Positions 11,880 to 25,471 of a stretch of DNA of 64,000 nucleotides are shown piece after piece; the first letter of the stretch is position 1; each line of letters starts with the position of its first letter. The notes beneath the pieces are model-generated. The model saw only the letters and a program-made list of their open reading frames with translations. It was not told the origin of the DNA and searched no databases. Made by a program: the position numbers and the translations under genes. Source of the stretch: Parasitella parasitica NRRL 2501 (taxonomy: Eukaryota; Fungi; Mucoromycota); contig MU619268.1 in NCBI GenBank assembly GCA_025201805.1, positions 65,472-129,471 of the forward strand, written 5' to 3'.

Positions 11880-13330
11880 ATAACTTCTGCTAAAAGAGCC
11901 GTAAATTATAAAGTGTATGGCCATCAAAGCTAAAATATTATCTTGTTGTGTTGTTGATAGCCGAGTTATCAAACAAGAAGCAATTTGTGCAAAGTTGAAA
12001 TCATATTTACAATATCGCACAACTTTACGAAATAACAATCGACTTGATAACGATAGATAAACAAAGTCTTTGCTTTATTCATTTTACAATTTGATGACAT
12101 TTACTCAATGAACTTAACGCTGTAATTTAAAACAAGATTTATGCTAAGGGAAATTGCCCATATAACAATCAGACTTTTGTTAGTTGGAGATACGATGTAG
12201 AGCAATTTATTCTGAAAAATATTTAATATCTTCGCACTACGAAAATCGCTATTCTTACCATACACCTTGCGAGCGCCACTGCTCGTCGTTAATAAAAGAC
12301 GGGCGCTTTCTACCTGAAAATTTGACTGTGAATGCACACTTGCCAGTACATCCACCCTGAACTTGCACTTGTACGTGTTGAACGTATATACTTGCCACAG
12401 TGTACTTGCGGATGCACTGTGAATGGTGATATCTGTAAGTTGAATACAAAGTATCGTCAGAGCCGGATCCCATTGCTTGAGGCACAATTACATCTCGCTT
12501 TGGCACACAGCAGTGGCAACAAAAACCAGACCAAAGTTTCGTGTAAAAGGGCAATCGTTATCAGTGAACAAAATTATTTTAGCTGTGTTGTTCGTTCAAA
12601 GTGCTTTTCCCTGCAACCGTAATCATCCAGAGTCCACTAAACGACAGAGGCCTAGCCAAGATAGTTTGCCGACAGGGTATGACAACTCTTGCACAATACA
12701 TTTCAAGTGACAACATAGGCTTGCGTACTTGCTAGTGTACGGCCAACGTTTTCAGACAAGCTTCTCCAGGATCAGCTACCCAAAGAGCATGGTTTAGTTG
12801 AATAGCCTCTGCAAAAAATGCTCGAATACAAGTATTCAAACAAATCCGCAGAACAATATAAATGCATTTAAAAAGTGTCAGGGCACAAAGGACCAAGAGA
12901 CCTTCAAATCCTACTAAACAAAACAGTATTGTTTTGTTTAGTAGATGAGCGTATTGAAATACAAGGAGAACTAGACCCCCAAATATCTAGCCGATGTCAG
13001 TCTGAAATCCATTGCAACAAGAACCCTGCATGTAACATGACAAAAAGTATCCCTACTAGCCATAGGATTATACTAGGAGCGAAAATGCCAAAGAGAAAGA
13101 AAAAAAGACTGGAAAAAGCGCAGCAAGAATATGCTGAAATAGGCGAAAGTGATGACGCTATCTCTTTGCGTTACACTGCAATGCTGAAATTAACCGTTTT
13201 TCATTGACGGAGGAATCAACCTATGATGTTAAACAGCCAGACAAATGGCCTTTCACACCAAGATGAAGACTATTTTAAAACCAAACAATTGGTATCGTAT
13301 GTACATGAATGCATTGAAGCTTTTAAAATC
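11880..13330 (+). pseudogene. Heavily decayed coding-like sequence, possibly a DNA-transposon (CACTA-like) remnant
   Basis: Stop-interrupted fragments such as KRKKKRLEKAQQEY and SLTEES...TPR*RL, reminiscent of transposon accessory ORFs; no intact ORF. Confidence 0.3.
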
Positions 13331-14098
13331 CATGATAGATACATTTTATGCATTTTAGATTTAGAAAAGCTGTACTGAAAAGTTAAATTTCAAGAGGATT
13401 TAAGATTTGCCTTAGTAGCAGCCGATTCTGCTCGATTTTATTATAATCTCAAAGCACAAGAAAAAATATAGGCAATTGGTGCATGACACTTTAAGTAATT
13501 TTGGCCATTTTGACTGATAATTAAGTGGATAAGTGTGGATCAAAAAAAACTTTAAAGATTGCTGTGGTTGATTTTCGTTTTTATCCAAGCGAAAAAGCAT
13601 GCCCTTGACATTGGATGAAAAGGCCACCCTCCCACATTAAAAAGAGTGCTTATCTTTGGTTGTTTTTTTCATAAACTTATGGGCGTGAGGAGCTTCAGAG
13701 TCGATGGTTTGATCTAAATGTGTCTTTTAATTGTTAAAGAGAATTTGGCTGCCGATATGAAATGTACTTTTATCACTGCCTGTTTGCTAAATTTATTGAG
13801 CAAACTCGGTCAGTGTATCTGTAGTATGTATGACAAATGTTCTTATTTTACATTCGACAGTAAATATGAATAATTTCTCTGTTGCCATACATTGTTGCGG
13901 TGCATTTGTATTTGACAGATTCCAATCATCCTATCAAAAATAGACCCATTGTCCGCCCACCAGTGCAAGAACTGTTACATTTACACATGAAATATAAAAA
14001 CACATTTACCAAACAAAAAAAAAAGCAAAAAAAAGCATTAATGTAGATTTTTAAAAAATATTTACATTTATGTTTATTTCTAGAGGATATGACGAGTT

Positions 14099-14560
14099 TT
14101 ACGAAGCACGGCATATGAGCTCACCGCCGACATTCTTTTTGATTGCTTCTTGCAGCTCTAAAACACCACAATTTGTATTGACGATGGCAATTTCTCCCGG
14201 TTGAAGAGGCTTAATGAACTGAGCTCGTCTTCCACTAGCGACATTTTTGAGCTCATTTACGGTAAAATAAACTTTTTTGGAAGGTCTACTGATGAGAGAT
14301 AGTTGAGACAATACAGCGCTGTTTTCCTTGTATTTGAGATTGAGCCAAAGTCGTCTGGTTGCTACGTTTTCGTTTGTGGTGGGGGTGTATGTTTGATCAG
14401 GGCCAATGTGGTTTCCGCGGGTGACAGAGGACAGAAATCCTTCTTTGTAGAGAATGTTGGATACCGCCAAATTCATCTTTGTTTCGGGTATCGCAATGGT
14501 TTGAAGTCTGGCACGGAATCCATTCTGTATTCTAGCACAAAGATCGTGTACACGAGGCAT
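14099..14560 (-). CDS. MRPS8: Mitochondrial ribosomal protein uS8m
   Basis: MPRVHDLCARIQNG, LYKEGFLSSV.RG, NVATRRLWLNLKY, LISRPSKK, GGELICRAS; intronless. Confidence 0.93.
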   Translation of the reverse strand: MPRVHDLCARIQNGFRARLQTIAIPETKMNLAVSNILYKEGFLSSVTRGNHIGPDQTYTPTTNENVATRRLWLNLKYKENSAVLSQLSLISRPSKKVYFTVNELKNVASGRRAQFIKPLQPGEIAIVNTNCGVLELQEAIKKNVGGELICRAS

Positions 14561-14940
14561 GTTTGAGTATCCAAAAAGAAACAAAATTGAAAATTGGAAC
14601 TGGGGTTCAAGGGTCAAGTTAAGAGGACCTGCTTTTTGAAGCTCAAAGATGCTGCAGATGCCAATCAACCACTTAACATCATGACGCAGCAATAAGCCAC
14701 CCTAAAAATCTACAGAAGCTCAAAAGGCAGTTTTACGTGAACTTGTTTTCTTTTGTTTCTTTTTTCCTTGATAGAGCATCAATAGATTTTTGGATTTTTA
14801 TATTTGATTTCTGTAAAATTGAATTGGATAGCCAAAAAGAACAAGTTGAACAAGCCCTATATCTATCTACTTGAAAAAAAAAAAAAACAAAGCAACTGGA
14901 CAAAGATTTTACTACAAGGAAAGGGAAATATATACACAGC

Positions 14941-15867
14941 ATGGTGAGAAATTTAATGGATAAGCTGATACGTGTCAATTGTGTATTAATTATATTTTCA
15001 ACCACAAACAGTCGTCTAGAAGCTCGAAAATGTCGAATATAGTCAATTATAGACTTCGAATCACTTTATCCGATTCACGTATTTTGACCGGCCAAATGTT
15101 GGCTTTCGACAAGCATATGAATCTCGTTTTAGCTGATTGCGAAGAGTTTCGTAAAATCAACAAGAATGCCAAAGATAACTCTGCAGCAAATCTTGAACAA
15201 AAGCGAACCTTGGGTCTCGTTATTCTAAGAGGTGAAACTATCGTCAGCATGAGTATTGATGGTCCTCCTCCTCCATCTACTGATGATATTAGATCAAGAG
15301 GTCCTGGCTTAATGGCAGGTCCTGGTATGGGAAAGGTAAGTATTAGAATTCCTCGTTGCTTTTAGTCTATTCACTGAATTGTTTAATCGCTGGATAGCCT
15401 ATGGGTCGTGGTTTGCCTGCTGCCCCTCCTCCAATGGGTGGCCCTATGGCTGGTCTTTCTGGCCCTGTTCGTGGCATTGGTGGACCTGCTCCTGGCGTAA
15501 GTTGTCTATATTTTGATGTTTTCACAATCACTAATTTATTGCAATGTAGATGATGCAACCTAGACCAGGTTATCAAGGTGCTCCTGTTGCCTATGGCCGT
15601 CCTCCTATGCCTGGCCAAGGCATGCCTCCACAAGGTTTCCGTCCTCCTCCAGGCATGCCACCCATGGGCTTTAGACCTCCTCCCGGTATGCCTCCTCCAG
15701 GCTTCCGTCCTGGCATGGTAAGTTGATATATTTGTACGAGTATTATATATACACATGTTTACGCGAATTTTCACGGTTCATAGCCTCCTCAAGGTTTCCC
15801 TGGAGCCGGTAGAGGAACACCACCACCACCACCTCCAGGAATGTACCAACGTCCTCCTCCTCAATAA
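14941..15867 (+). CDS. SMB1: Small nuclear ribonucleoprotein SmB
   Basis: Sm fold NYRLRITLSDSR..TGQMLAFDKHMNLVLADCEEFRK..KRTLGLVILRGETIVS, Pro/Gly/Met-rich tail; exons 14941-14943, 15012-15335, 15398-15496, 15550-15717, 15784-15867. Confidence 0.96.
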
Positions 15868-16233
15868 ATTGAAATCACCATACGAATTTCACGCAGCTTA
15901 ACAAACAGACACTCGATCAGACAAACGTACTGTTATACAACCTCTCTCACTCCTTCCCACTCACTCAACCATCTTCAGTTTTTTTTTTTTCTTGAAGTAA
16001 AAAAAAACACCAAAAAATAACCTATACATCTTGTTCAATAATAAATTCACTCAATATCCTTTAGGTTGATAAAAAAAAATATATATATATATTCATTAAA
16101 AAAAGAATGTTATCGGTTGTGCTTTTTGTCGTTTAAGAAGAACCCTGCCGATACACTTTGAACAAAATAAACATCTTGAGATAATAATAGAGAAACAAAA
16201 ATCATGATGCTTTTATTGAGGAAATTTACAGTT

Positions 16234-19200
16234 TTAAAGGGGCAAAGTGATGCTGAATTTCAGTTTAGGGCCTATAATGGAAGGTGCAACCAGTAATACT
16301 GCGAATACAAGGAATAGCAAGAGCAGTAAAAGCCCGTAGAATACTGCAATGCGGCGTCTTTTTGATCTTTGGCTTGCAGAATAAATATGCTGCTGAATTT
16401 GCTCACTGGGCCTTAGCCAAAACAGCATTAACGAGTGCCACTTGTCAATACCTGGTATCAAACATATAGCGAACAAGAAGAATAAAATGAAATGGCCAAA
16501 AATAAAGTCTGTAGCAAATAGACTCATTTCTGTAATTTTACACACAAACTCTCTTAACGGTTGTGTGAGGGCATGCCATCCAAGCTATAGATATATACAT
16601 ATATATGAATGTGTGTTATACACCGTATAAAAATGTTAGCAAAGTACACTTGAGCAATATGTGTTATATTAGCACAACTTACGCCTCGACCGTACCAACG
16701 ACCTGTCCACCACCCCTGATTGCTTTGATCGCCGTAAAATTCTCTTGTTAACAGTAATACTGTCATCAATTTGAAAATGAAGCGTTGCACGGACCCTACT
16801 GCGATCATACCCAGGACAACATGCACAAAATTCCAGTTTTCCAAAAAGTACAAGATTTCAAAAAAGAGAATGAAATTGAGCACGGCCCAGCCATGAGCAA
16901 CAGCAGCGATGCTAGCACCAAACTTGACCCCGCAGCACAAGTTGGCTACACATCCACCACAAAGTGAAAGAAGAAACAGTATGGCTAGTGCTCCAGTATT
17001 AAGCAGAATGGGACCCACGGCAATGATTCCAACCCGTAAAAGTGCACTGGGACCTTGATAAGGCTTGCTATTGTCATTAGGATCAAAGCTACGAATGAAC
17101 AAGTAGGCTGTAACGCTCAGGATGGCCAATATAAACGGTAAAATGATTTCTGAAAACAGTATTACTCCAATCCTTGCACGGGATTGCTGCTGTACAGGCT
17201 TTTGAGGATCCAGCTGCTTCTTCTTCACGCCAGTTGTGCGCATACGAGTAAATCGACAAAACTCGATCCATGAGTTCAAGTGCGTAGCACCATTGCCTCT
17301 TGATAGCCAACGGATGTATTCACGATAATCGACAAGAAAATCTGTCAGTGCAAACTGATGTGGATTAAAGAGGAATGGCGATAAAATCAAAGCCAAAACC
17401 GTAAACCAAAAATAAGCCAAGTGTGGTATCCAAAGAACAAGTGATCCAAAGAATAGGATGAGCGTTAATCTTGCGCCTGAGTACATGCTCGTGTCAGCAA
17501 ATCTTGAATATAGCGTAGAAAAGGGCAAGCGAGCAGTTGCGAAACCGCGACCGGTACCAATATAACGAGCTCCACCAAATGACAGGTTGTTCAATATAGA
17601 ATTTGCGTATGTTTGAGTAACAAAGATCTCAAAGAGAGGAGAGAATGAAAGCATGTGCTTGCAAAGACGACTTACTGCTCGAAAGAAGCCTCTCTCGGTG
17701 AGTTCTTGCAAGAATAACGGCAGAAAGGCGACAAAAATGATGGCGAATATCGAAATAACCACACGCTTCAGCCATTCAAAGATAGGGACCATGTTGAAGC
17801 AGCCATCTGGCTTCAACGCAGCCTCAGGACCAGCATTGGCGTCAAATTCACAAATAGTCAATGGGACACTAGTAGCAGCAACAAAGAGGAGCACGAGCAT
17901 GAACATATGAACAGAAAGCATGATAAAGATGTTGTTGACATGAAAACCAGGATGCGCATAAAAAAAGGTGAGGAATCGATCAAGCGGCAACTGAGTGCCC
18001 AAATAGTAGTATTCACGCGAAAGCATCTGTTCGCCCATACCAGAACCGATCTTTGTGACAAAATTTAGCACAGACCCAAAGCCAAGGTCTCGCCCTTTTC
18101 CGCATTGAAAATACTCAACATGCTTGATGCGGCCGCCTCTTTCGAAAGCATTCATACCAGCATAGATATCCTCATTGAGATGCAGACCCTTTTGAGCTTT
18201 GGATACACCACCTCTTGTAGTCATGAAAATAGCATTCAAAAAATCAGGATGGCCGTAATGCAACTATATACAACAACTCATTAGTCAATTTGCTTTCATA
18301 CATATAACCCGCCACCCCTACCCCGCTCCAGTTTCTCTCCCCCCCCCGCTTACCCTTCCACCGATAGTTGCCATGATACGCTGTGTCAATGTACCAAATG
18401 TCTGTTCCTTTCCAGCAGCAATGTCTCCCAAAACACCCACGTTTTCAGAGAATATATATTCACGAGCACCGACAATGGCGACGGGGCTTTTGCTCTCCTT
18501 GGCATGAGCATAAGGTGAATTCTGGCTTGTTTGCATCTCTTCAAATTCGCCCAATACGCTGCGGATTTTAAGGCATTCCTCCAGGTAGTTGTCCTGATTA
18601 GCATCGATCAGTTGCAGATATTCGCCACGGCTGTATATTAACGCTGTGTTTTGATTATCTGATTTACCATCACCGAGTATAGGATTACCTGGGAGACGAA
18701 CCCGGAATTTTGGAGCACGGCTACCATCAGGCTTGACATCACAATGGCCATCAATCAACACAGAGTAATAGTTGGTCTCTTGCCCGGCTATTATTTCTTG
18801 CTCCAAGTAGGCGATCTGCAGATCAGGGTAGGCCTTCAGGATGTAATCGACGCTTTCTTTTTCCTCAGCATTGAATGCAGCGAACCTTTGCATCGCTACA
18901 ACAAAACGAAACTTACGTTTGGCCATCTGCTCCAATTCAGAATCGACTACATTATCAGCGACTGTATGAAACGCCGTTGGTCCACCCTGTAATGAGCTTA
19001 ATTCAGGAGTTTCTACTCGATACAGCAGCTTGATTGCTTTTTGGTAATTCATAAAGCCAGTAATGGTGCGAAACAAGGTTTGTGACCTGAGTGATGCCCA
19101 GATTCGAGTGCGCAAAGTGTATTCAGGGGCTGCTGATTTGAAGCCAACGCAGTAGAATGGTAAATCGTCAATCTTGTGCTGCCTTTCAGTCTTTTCGTCT

Positions 19201-22068
19201 CCCACAATAGTGCTTGACTTTGAGTCTCCAGAAATAGACGCGGCAGGATCCTCCAGCTCTTGATCTTCTTCATCTGCCAGAATTTTGGTATCTTTCACGA
19301 AATTCTCCCACTCGAATGGATGCAGCTGCTTCAAGTACTCCAGCAAGGTGATCCTGGCATTTTTGTCTTCTTCTCTGATGATTTCACGCAATGACAGGAT
19401 GATTTTCTCTCCATAATGAGGCGTCATGACGGTAAAAGTAGGCATGTTTGGAATGGGAAGCGCTTCGGGCATTGGCGTCGTCAGACTTTGTGCGAAAAAT
19501 TGCATTCGACGACCTGCTTCACTTTTTTGAGGATAGTATTCTGTCTTGAAAGCGACATCTTCTTGAGACACAAAAAATGTGGGTGCCTTGAGAGTGGGGC
19601 TCGTGCTTCCTACCCCTGGAATCTACAGACAAAAGAGTCAGAATAAACATGATCCACCTTTCAGTGTCTGGACATCTATTCATACCTGTCTATATAAAAG
19701 CTTGGATACATGGTCTGCTGAGAGAAGATGCTCCCGGAACATTGACACAACCAACGCATTCCACACTTGAGAGCACAGAAATTTAGGGTGCATTTGGAAA
19801 TCTAAAGCAGACGCTGCTAATATTTTGGCATAGATTCTTTTTGGCAAGCGAGAAAATGTGTTTCTCCAGGGACTCCAGATGGAAATACCGAGATAAAAGG
19901 ACCTTGCAACAGAGAACAGGGTGTTCCAAATAATGTACCACAGATAAGTGTCCAGAAAGAACAGAACCAACTCCATGAGCAACATAAGAACAAGGGATAC
20001 CGAAGGCATATAGCGACATAATATGGACCCGGTGATGGCATCTTTGCAATGCAAAACTTCCATGTTGGCAATAGCTTTAAGAGGATCTTTGAAAGACAAG
20101 GCAATGAAAAAATAGGATTCCAACAGTTTACAGCCAAAGACACAGACCCAAAGGCCCACGGATATCAGACGATCAGCTCTCTTTAGGTGTGGAAAGCTCG
20201 CGGTGAATGTTTGGTTTGCTGGTGTTTTTTTACCGTCAGAGTTGCGACGTACAAACAGCCTAGACTGAGGAATGACGGCAAAAAAGACACTTGTGACCAA
20301 GCTGATCAACAGTTGAATGAGAGCGACAGCCATAGACAACTTTCCTGTTCGATTTATCTTGACACAGTAAACCGACGGACCAGCATTGAGGATAAGCACA
20401 CAAAAGAGGAGAAGCAGACGACGAGATAGTATACCAGCTTTTTGAAGGCTCATAGGTACGTACATGTATTCAACAAAACTCCCAAGCATCACTAGCAAAG
20501 TAGCCACTGCACCTCCTAAAGCAGCCATGGATATCTTTACGGGAGTTTCTTTCTCAGAAATATGCTTGTCATAGTTCAGGTAGAGTATATCTGAATTGGC
20601 GGCAATAAAGTACCAGAACGAAACAATATGTATAATCCAAATCCTTGTGAAGTTGACAGCCAAATGCATCCATGATCTCTTTTCCTTGAATGTCTTTTGA
20701 AACGCCTTTTTCCAGTTGATATGCTGTAGTACACCGTATCGCTGGTGGGCAGCAACTGCTACAAGCTTTGTTTTATCCTGCATTTGAAGCTTTGCGATAG
20801 TTTCAGGGTACCAAAACAATTGATTAACATCGTCATAGCCAATGACACTGGCATGGTCTCGGTCTCTTCTCACAAAATTACCATCCTTTTCTTTACGATA
20901 AACCTGGTCCTTGACGAAATCATATAGCGGTTTGATGACCTTGTCCAAGTATTCACCTTCAGCGGCCACTGTCTGGTGCTGCTCAATGAGAGATAAACGG
21001 GTATTGGAAGCATCGTCTGCCAACTTGAAGATAAAACAGAGGACTTCAGGACAAAATCTTATTACTGACGCTTCGCCCCAAATCAAAAGCCAAAGAGCAA
21101 GCTGTCTTATGCGTTCATTATCTGGCATGTTCTCCATTTTGCATCTCCAATTATCCTCGGCTTCAGTCAAGGTAGAAGGTTGTGGTGCATCTGCTTCGGC
21201 TATATGAATTGCTGCATTTTTATCGCCTACCGCACCATCTAAATTGAGCTGTGCGGCAAAATACCATTTGCGGTAATTAGCATTGGGGCCACCAATATAA
21301 TCCGCGTGCAGCGTCAAAAGTGCCATTGCTTGAGACATACGAGAGGCACGTGAGTCCAGCATAACCATTAAATAATCCAACATATTCATCATATTGTCGT
21401 ATTGAAACCCAAAGGCATTTTTAAGATCGATAAACGTATCTTGAATGTTCTGGTAGGAAGGCAAGTTTTGCACGTCTGTCCAAGCAGGATAAGGTACGTG
21501 TGGCTGATTGACGAGTGTTTCTGCTGATAAATCGTTGTTGGACAAGAACGCAGTGGGAGACTGAAGACCGCTTCCAGGAACTGAAGGCGTTGGCGTAGCT
21601 GTAACGCCTCTTGGTGCTTTGGTGCGTTTTGATTCCAAAAGCGCCACAAGTGATCCCGTAGAAGGAGCACAACGGAGATAGCGACCGGAATTGAGGATAT
21701 CATCATGCAGGTTGTTAAAGAGATCAATATCAGCTGACGGTTGCGGATAGTGATTGTATAAAAAGCGAGGCGTTTCAGAGCGTAAGGAAAACGATGGATC
21801 AACCAAATCAGGTTCAGATCCTTCATATTGAGCAAAATTGTGTTGAGGTGGTAAAGGAAACTGGTGATATTGCTCCTGGAATATATCTAGAACAAGCTAT
21901 GTTAGTTATGTCAAAACCATGGTAAGCATGCATCATCTCATAAATCTTACCGGAAGATGATTCCGAGCTGTTATTGTTATCTGATGATAAAGATAAACCA
22001 CGCTCATCTTCTACTGCTATTTTCTCTGTGTCATCATTATCATTTGCCGTATTATTATTACTTGTCAT
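16234..22068 (-). CDS. FKS1: 1,3-beta-glucan synthase (GT48)
   Basis: [93 protein letters not shown]; four introns. Confidence 0.98.
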
Positions 22069-22175
22069 TAAACAGGTAGTAATTTAAGATGATGGAAAAG
22101 AACAGGATACGAATGTTTGTACATAAGCAGTTTATATATAATCCATTGGAATGATTTAATTCAGCCCTTGTTGTA

Positions 22176-22229
<54 letters not shown>

Positions 22230-23563
22230 ATATAGCAAGATTTAATCTATCCAATGTATATTTACACCTTAGGTTAAGCAGTAAAGTGGAAAAGTGTTCC
22301 ACATGTATCGTGCGTACACATTCCATTCATCCCTTTAATAAATTCACCCTGATTTGAATATAATAATATAATATCCCTTTTTTGATTCATGCTTTTCTCA
22401 GTGTTTCTCTTCTCTTTATGCCCCTGATTTTTTATTTCAAGGTCATATACTCATCTTGTCTTTGTCTCGGCAAGTCGATTTCAAGGAGCAGCCCGATTAG
22501 AATACATTTTGTATTAAAAACGATTCAGCATAATGCATATAGCTCTTTCAATGTACAAATAGAAAAGCTATTAATAAACCTTGACTGAAAGGTAAAAAGC
22601 TTTATTCCCAAGAAAAAAATAGTTTTTGGGAATCATAATGGGAACTCAGTGCAGAATTACCAACAATAACATAATGACAACTCAACAGCGAATAGAGCGA
22701 TTCGAATGATGCTTCTCAAATTTTACAAGGTCTCAAATGCAGCATGGGAGTTCCAATCAAAATTCTCAGAGCCTCAATCTCAAAATTCAAATTATTATGT
22801 ATTTCTTGTATAATTACAACATTTGCTTCGTATCTCAACACTAGTAACCCATCAGAAACGACAAGTGTTGCACCATTTTAAAACAAAGTACTATTGGATG
22901 CATCTAGTCTATCAAATTCTCATGTTTAGTAATAATTTCCACATCCCCACTTTGCTGCTCCCCCTTTATAAACTGAGTTGAAGGAAATAAAGTGCCTCGC
23001 GCTTTTGACTGTATTGATTTACGCAAGATCCGAAAGACACATTGCTTAGATGTCACTTTTTCCACTGGGATTAAAGGGTCAGGAAACAACATGGTGATCA
23101 CATACCCTAATTGAGAGTCGTCGAGGGGCCTGGCTAGTCTTTAATTGTTGTATTATCTTGAAAGTGTTTATTAAAACGAAATGAGATGAAATTGTCTCAA
23201 AAATAAAATTTATGTAAGTTGTAAGTAATTCCAGTGCACAACCACCACATTAACATGAATAAATTTAGTTCCCTTGGAGGCCTGAGCAGCTTTCTTTTAA
23301 CTGATAACACCTTACAGTAGAATTGCTTGATTTTTTTTTTTTTTTTTTTGGCGACTTTGTAAGAGCTAGTAGAATACCTCTCACTGGATAAAGTTGGCGT
23401 TAGCACCCCAAATTCGCAACAAAAAAAAAGTAGATGTGGTATACAATAAGCTGTTTTTATGCGCAAATGAATATGTACAAGCGTTGTTGTTAAAAATCTT
23501 CTTCAAACATGTGCGTAAAAAAAAAAGAAGAGCTATTACAATGTACAATTTATTTAATAACAT

Positions 23564-25258
23564 CTATGATGAGCCCAAAAAGAAATTTTGCACCTTGGAT
23601 TTGCCATCAACAAAGTACTCAATCTCACATTCTAATTCTCTAGGATTATCAGTACTTTTATGACATGTAAATACACCTTGAATTTTATCGCCTGCTTTCA
23701 TTGGAATAGGTGTTTCCAAAACAAATGAAGTTTGCTTCCAATGCGTTTCTTGCCCAAATGGTCCAGTAGTCATGAAAATCTCACCCTCTGCCTTTTGTGC
23801 CTCTCTGTCAGCAGGAATGGAATGGCCATCTCTTGTGAACCAAGTATCAAACCAGCCACCGAAGGCTGTAACCACACCATCACGCTTCATTTGCACTTCA
23901 AACTTGCTTACAAAGTCCAACTGCTTGACGGTGATTGTTTGTAAAGGTAGGTCTTTAAGCGTAACGACGTCAGAAACAACACAATTTGCGTTAAAAAAAT
24001 CCACGATAGCTTCGTTCACTATCGGTTCCTTCATAGCCGTCATTTTGAATCCATAAACATCATTCCAAAAGTTGGCACGATCATCTTTGAGGTCTTTGTC
24101 ATCTAAGGCAGCCATCAAAATGCGGGTTTGACTGGGTGCCATAATGCCATTGGGTGCCAGCCAACGATCACGGGCAACGAGTACTGAATCTAACATGGCT
24201 TCAAACAATAAAAAGTAGCCCATCCATTCCGAAATAATGATATCAACTTGAGGCACTGGTAACTCAATTTCCTCCACCTTGCCGCGCACGCATGTGATAA
24301 TATGATCAAGGCCATTTTCTCTGATATTCAGCTTTGCCTTTTCAATGATAGCAGAGTTATCCACAGAGAAAACTTTCTTGGCACCGGCTTTAGCGGCAAA
24401 CATGGATAAAATGCCAGTGCCGCATCCAACGTCCAAAACAACCTTGTTTTTAAAGATGTCCTTGTTTTCGTATACAAAATCACGATATGCCTCAGTTCGT
24501 GCTGTGTCCTTGAGCATTTGTTCATGAATATCGTTCTGAGCATAACCGTTGAAATAGTAATTGCCTTCATCGACGAGAGCAACCGATTTACTGGTATTGA
24601 TGTCAGTGGCGCCACTTTCATTAACCAGGGGCTCATAGAAGGTCTTTTTAACCATTTCTTTATATTCCTCAAATTGACCCTCCAAGTTTTTAGTGTTTTC
24701 CTGAGCTGCTTGTAATAGTTTGATCAATTGACGTTCAAGGTCGGTAGTTGTTTCGATTTGAGGCAAGTTAATAATGGATAAGGGAGCAAATGGTGTCTCC
24801 TCGTTGGCAGCAAAAGCCTCATCGTCAAGTTCAAGGTCTTCAAACGCAAACAAGAGAGCGTCGTCGTCTAATACAGGCTGAAGATACTTGTCATCGTCAA
24901 AGAAGGACTCGCTGCCGTCGAATTGGATGCTAGTGAAGTCAGGATTGGCTTTCACTTGCTGGCGGATATAGTTGATCATACGGATGCATTTATAGAAATC
25001 GAGTCGAAGGGACTGTCGGACAGATTGAAAATCAAATCCATGGGCCTCTTTGGTGTGTTTGAATGTCTCTACAGGTCGAGGAAATGTTTGCGAGCAGAAT
25101 AAGCATTGAGAGTCCTGTTGATCCTGTTCATCGTTGGACCAGTCATCCCAAGCTTGATCTAGAAATATGGCCGTCAGGTTGAATTTTTATATTTGTAGTA
25201 GGCTATTCCCTTTACCTTGAGGGTCATATTCAGAAGGCTCGTATTGTGAGTCAGCCAT
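23564..25258 (-). CDS. PRMT3: Protein arginine methyltransferase 3 (C2H2 finger plus PRMT domain)
   Basis: AWDDW..CLFC..H....H.FDF zinc finger, MINYIR, VLDVGCGTGILSMF, VDIIISEWMGYFL, ETHWKQ; intron 25159-25215. Confidence 0.92.
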
Positions 25259-25471
25259 GTTTTAATTATCAGAAGGTAGAAGCGCAAAATTTGTTCTTAC
25301 TTCTTTAACCCTGTTTTGCAGGACAAGACAAACAAGTCATGTTGTTTAGCCACAGGCGCAATAGATGCAAAGATACTGTACTTGCCACACGACTTGATGG
25401 ACCATGGTTTATTCGCTGAGCGCGATTTTTTGATCTCTTCTTTTTCTATCTTGCCCTTTAAAATTTCAGAA

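Noticed and set aside
16054-16062. U12-type intron donors (RTATCCTT) here and near 7670, 46983 and 48873
   Set aside because: They fall in UTR, intergenic DNA or uninterrupted coding sequence; all introns I resolved are GT-AG or GC-AG U2-type
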